From NCBI GenBank assembly GCA_963813155.1, contig CAWEYG010000005.1, positions 215,786 through 279,785 on the forward strand: DNA of 64,000 nt, read 5' to 3'. The position numbers were made by a program, and so were the translations under genes. Every line of letters starts with the position of its first letter. The first letter of the stretch is position 1. Of this stretch, positions 61,222 through 64,000 are shown piece after piece. This DNA is from an uncultured Acidobacteriota bacterium (GTDB taxonomy: Bacteria > Acidobacteriota > Thermoanaerobaculia > UBA5066 > DATFVB01). Under the pieces are notes generated by a model that was given only the letters and a program-made list of their open reading frames with translations, had not been told where the DNA came from and made no database searches.

Positions 61222-61262
61222 TTGCACTTCGACAGGACATCCGATACCCTTTCCTGTCGAAG
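61222..61262 (+). promoter_or_regulatory. Further copy of the promoter/operator palindrome seen at 52525
   Basis: CTTCGACAGGA-N14-TCCTGTCGAAG with TTGCAC-17-TACCCT. Confidence 0.72.
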
Positions 61263-61299
61263 CAACATAGGTAGGCGATGGGACGAAAGGAAAAGGGAA

Positions 61300-62016
61300 A
61301 TGAAATCAAGAATCCGACACTTCACCCTCTCGATGTTTCTCATTCTTGCCGTCGCGTCGGGCGCGGGACGAGAGGCGGGGGCCCAAACGGCGACAAATGC
61401 GTATCCCCGCATGGCCCCGATCGAGCAATATCGTATGGACCGTGATGCAGAGATCGCGCTGGCCCGCACGGCGGCCCCTGCGTCGGTATCCCGCGACGCC
61501 GAAATCCTGGTGCTGGGAGAGAAGAACTACGAGACCGCGGTCCACGGCACGAACGGATTCGTCTGCATGGTCGGGAGGGCGTGGACGGGGCCTTTGAGCA
61601 ATCCGGAGTTTTGGAATCCGAAAAATCGGAGCCCCGCGTGTCTCAATCCGCCCGCCGCGCGGTCCGTCCTGCCCATTTTCCTGAACGAGGCCCGCATGGC
61701 ATTGTCTGGCTTCTCCAAAGCCCAGATCGACGACGGGATCAAGCGAGCGGTCGACAAGAAGGAACTGGGTGCTCCGGAGTCGGGTTCGATGATCTACATG
61801 ATGTCGAAGGAAGCCTACCTGACCGATCGGGGTGGCCATAACCTGGCCCACCTGATGTTTGAGCTTCCCATTATCGACGCCGCCGCGTGGGGCGCCGATC
61901 AGGAGGACTCCCCCATCTTTTCCGCGTCTTTCGCTCCCATACCGATGATCGAGTTCAATATTCCCACGACTCAGTGGTCGGACGGAACGCCGGTAACCGC
62001 GCGGCATGCGCACTGA
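61300..62016 (+). CDS. Secreted hypothetical protein, paralog 1
   Basis: Signal peptide; EIALARTAAP, GTNGFVC, PACLN, MIYMMS, HLMF, QWSDGTP. Confidence 0.8.
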   Translation: MKSRIRHFTLSMFLILAVASGAGREAGAQTATNAYPRMAPIEQYRMDRDAEIALARTAAPASVSRDAEILVLGEKNYETAVHGTNGFVCMVGRAWTGPLSNPEFWNPKNRSPACLNPPAARSVLPIFLNEARMALSGFSKAQIDDGIKRAVDKKELGAPESGSMIYMMSKEAYLTDRGGHNLAHLMFELPIIDAAAWGADQEDSPIFSASFAPIPMIEFNIPTTQWSDGTPVTARHAH

Positions 62017-62038
62017 AGGGCGTTCGACTCGAGAGTGC

Positions 62039-62174
62039 ATGTGGGTCTGCCCGACGTGCGATACGAGGAACGTGTCGATTTACGAGGAGGACGACTCCTT
62101 CGAGCTTCACTGCAAGTGCGGCTTCGCCATCCTCGACAGCGGGAGGCAACGAGACGAAAGGAAAAGAGAAATGA
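62039..62174 (+). CDS. Possible small zinc-ribbon ORF (end uncertain)
   Basis: MWVCPTCDTRN...LHCKCG; as given it is in frame with paralog 2. Confidence 0.4.
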
Positions 62175-62908
62175 AATCAACAGCTCGACACTTCTCTCTC
62201 TCGATGCTTCTCGTTCTTTCCGTCGCGTCGGGCGCGGGACGAGAGGCGTGGGCGCAAACGGCGCAAAGCGCGTATTCCTCCATGGCTCAGCTCGATCAGT
62301 ACCTGATCGCCGATCGCAGCGCGGAGGTCGCCCTGGCGCGCAGCGCCGCGCCGGAATCCGTCTCAGGCAATGCAACGGTTCTGGTGCTCGGACGGCACGG
62401 CTACGAGACGGCGATCGAGGGTAAGAACGGCTTCGTCTGCGTCGTCGAACGATCGTGGGCGGCGGATTTCGAGTCCCCTGGGTTCTGGAACCCGAAGGTC
62501 CGCGCGCCGATCTGCTTCAATCCCGCGGCGGCGAGGTCCATCCTGCCTCTGACGGTCAAGCGGACAGATCTCTTCCTGGCCGGTGCGTCCAAGCAGAAGG
62601 TATTCGAGGGCATCAAGGAGGCTCTGGACAGCAAGGAAGTTCCTGCCCCGGAGTCGGGAGCGATGGCCTACATGCAGTCCAGGCAGCAATACCTGAACGA
62701 CGAAGCCGTGCACTGGCATCCGCATCTCATGTTCTATCTCCCCCAGACCGACCCCGCGAGCTGGGGCCCGGACCTCCCGGGGTCGCCCGTCCGACTGCTC
62801 CCCGATTTCCACGGCGCTCCCGAGCCGATCACGGCGTTCATGGTTCTCGTTCGCCAGTGGTCGGACGGAACGCCCGAGGTGACCGAGCATCACGGGAGCA
62901 TGAAGTGA
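62171..62908 (+). CDS. Secreted hypothetical protein, paralog 2
   Basis: Same motifs as 61300..62016 (GKNGFVC, PICFN, MAYMQS, HWHPHLMF) and the same RBS leader. Confidence 0.8.
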   Translation: MKSTARHFSLSMLLVLSVASGAGREAWAQTAQSAYSSMAQLDQYLIADRSAEVALARSAAPESVSGNATVLVLGRHGYETAIEGKNGFVCVVERSWAADFESPGFWNPKVRAPICFNPAAARSILPLTVKRTDLFLAGASKQKVFEGIKEALDSKEVPAPESGAMAYMQSRQQYLNDEAVHWHPHLMFYLPQTDPASWGPDLPGSPVRLLPDFHGAPEPITAFMVLVRQWSDGTPEVTEHHGSMK

Positions 62909-62948
62909 AGGCGGCCAGCCTCGCTCCGACATTCAGGGCGAGTTCGAC

Positions 62949-63728
62949 ATGAATCGACGCGAATTCGGCAAGAGCCTCGGCAGCACGGCCGCGGCCGCCG
63001 CCTTCGCGCGGCTGGCCTTAGCTCAAGCTCAGCAGCGCACTCAGGACGCGACCAGCGCGCCGAAACCGCTTCCCGCGAAACCTGGTGGGATCGCGATGCT
63101 GATCTATCCCGGCATGACCGCGCTCGACCTGATCGGTCCTCAGCAGGTCTTTGGATATCTGTCGCGCAACGTGCACCTTGTTGCAAAGACGAAGGATCCG
63201 GTGGTTACGGACACGGGCATTACCATCCTGCCGTCCAGGACCTTTGGGGAGTACGCCGAGCCGGTGGACATCCTGTTTGTCCCCGGCGGCGGCGATGGCA
63301 CGGTCTCGGTCATGACGGACACGGAAACGCTCAACTTCCTGTCTCGGTGCGGCAAGACGGCCACGCTGGTCACGAGCGTGTGCACGGGTTCCCTGGTCCT
63401 GGGCGCGGCCGGCCTCCTCCGAGGCTACAAGGCGACGTCGCACTGGGCCCTCCGGGACATCCTGCCGCTCCTCGGAGCGGAGGTCGTTGCCGGTCGGGTC
63501 GTGGAGGACCGCAACCGCATTACCGCGGGCGGCATTACGTCGGGAATCGATTTCGGCCTCCGCGTCGGGGCGCGGCTTTTCGGGGAGGACAACGCCCGGC
63601 AAGTCGAGCTGATTTTGGAGTACGACCCGCAGCCGCCATTCGGAACGGGCAACCCGGAGAAGGCGCCGCCGAGCGTCCTGAAGGCGGCGCGAGAAGACGT
63701 TGGAACCCTTGCACGCAGCCTCTCGTGA
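62949..63728 (+). CDS. Tat-exported DJ-1/PfpI protein (isonitrile hydratase InhA-like)
   Basis: MNRREFGK Tat signal, LDLIGP, VPGG, SVCTGS, GGITSGIDF, EYDPQPPF; the true C-terminus may be longer. Confidence 0.88.
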   Translation: MNRREFGKSLGSTAAAAAFARLALAQAQQRTQDATSAPKPLPAKPGGIAMLIYPGMTALDLIGPQQVFGYLSRNVHLVAKTKDPVVTDTGITILPSRTFGEYAEPVDILFVPGGGDGTVSVMTDTETLNFLSRCGKTATLVTSVCTGSLVLGAAGLLRGYKATSHWALRDILPLLGAEVVAGRVVEDRNRITAGGITSGIDFGLRVGARLFGEDNARQVELILEYDPQPPFGTGNPEKAPPSVLKAAREDVGTLARSLS

Positions 63729-64000
63729 AGCGGCTCTCGCGGCGCGGAAAACGTGGGCCTGCGTGATGCCGGAGGTCCGGTATTGCGGGCTCGAAGAGGG
63801 GAAGATCGGAGGATAGGAGTGATGAGATCAAGAGCGGATTCAGGTGGAAAGCTTGGCATCGCCTGGGACACAACCGTCGCACTCGTCTGGCTTTCGCTCG
63901 CTCATTAATCACTCGTCTCGCGGCTTGAGCGCAGGGACTATTGGTCTCGTCATTGAACTGACTTCGGGGCCTCGTGTCGCTGATCCGATGGCGTCGGCTT

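Overview
GC-rich bacterial window, most likely Acidobacteriota (Thermoanaerobaculia-like), inferred from the PadR/ADOP permease pairs, the Oar-type TonB receptor and a DUF5818-like protein. Bases 1-37430 look like core genome: a transport/hydrolase operon, thiolase plus CoA-transferase, lptD-rmlABD, and a sugar-nucleotide operon with a UDP-apiose/xylose-synthase-like enzyme. This part also holds a VTE5-VTE6-like prenol kinase fusion coupled to a homogentisate-prenyltransferase-like UbiA gene, a polyferredoxin/HEAT/Rieske/split cytochrome b6-type/octaheme cytochrome c cluster, hflX, tRNA-Sec, kup and tRNA-Ala. After tRNA-Ala the content is accessory: a 2.3-kb islet closed by a degenerate copy of the tRNA 3' end, an RND pump, hydrolases, two divergent PadR-ADOP modules with recurring operator/promoter palindromes, a TonB receptor and tandem secreted paralogs. 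About a dozen genes carry apparent +1 single-base insertions, probably sequencing error, so several ORF-track fusions and splits are artefacts. Best candidate for an undescribed system: the plant-like prenol-salvage/prenyltransferase pair next to the b6f-like respiratory complex. All family calls come from motif recognition, not database searches.
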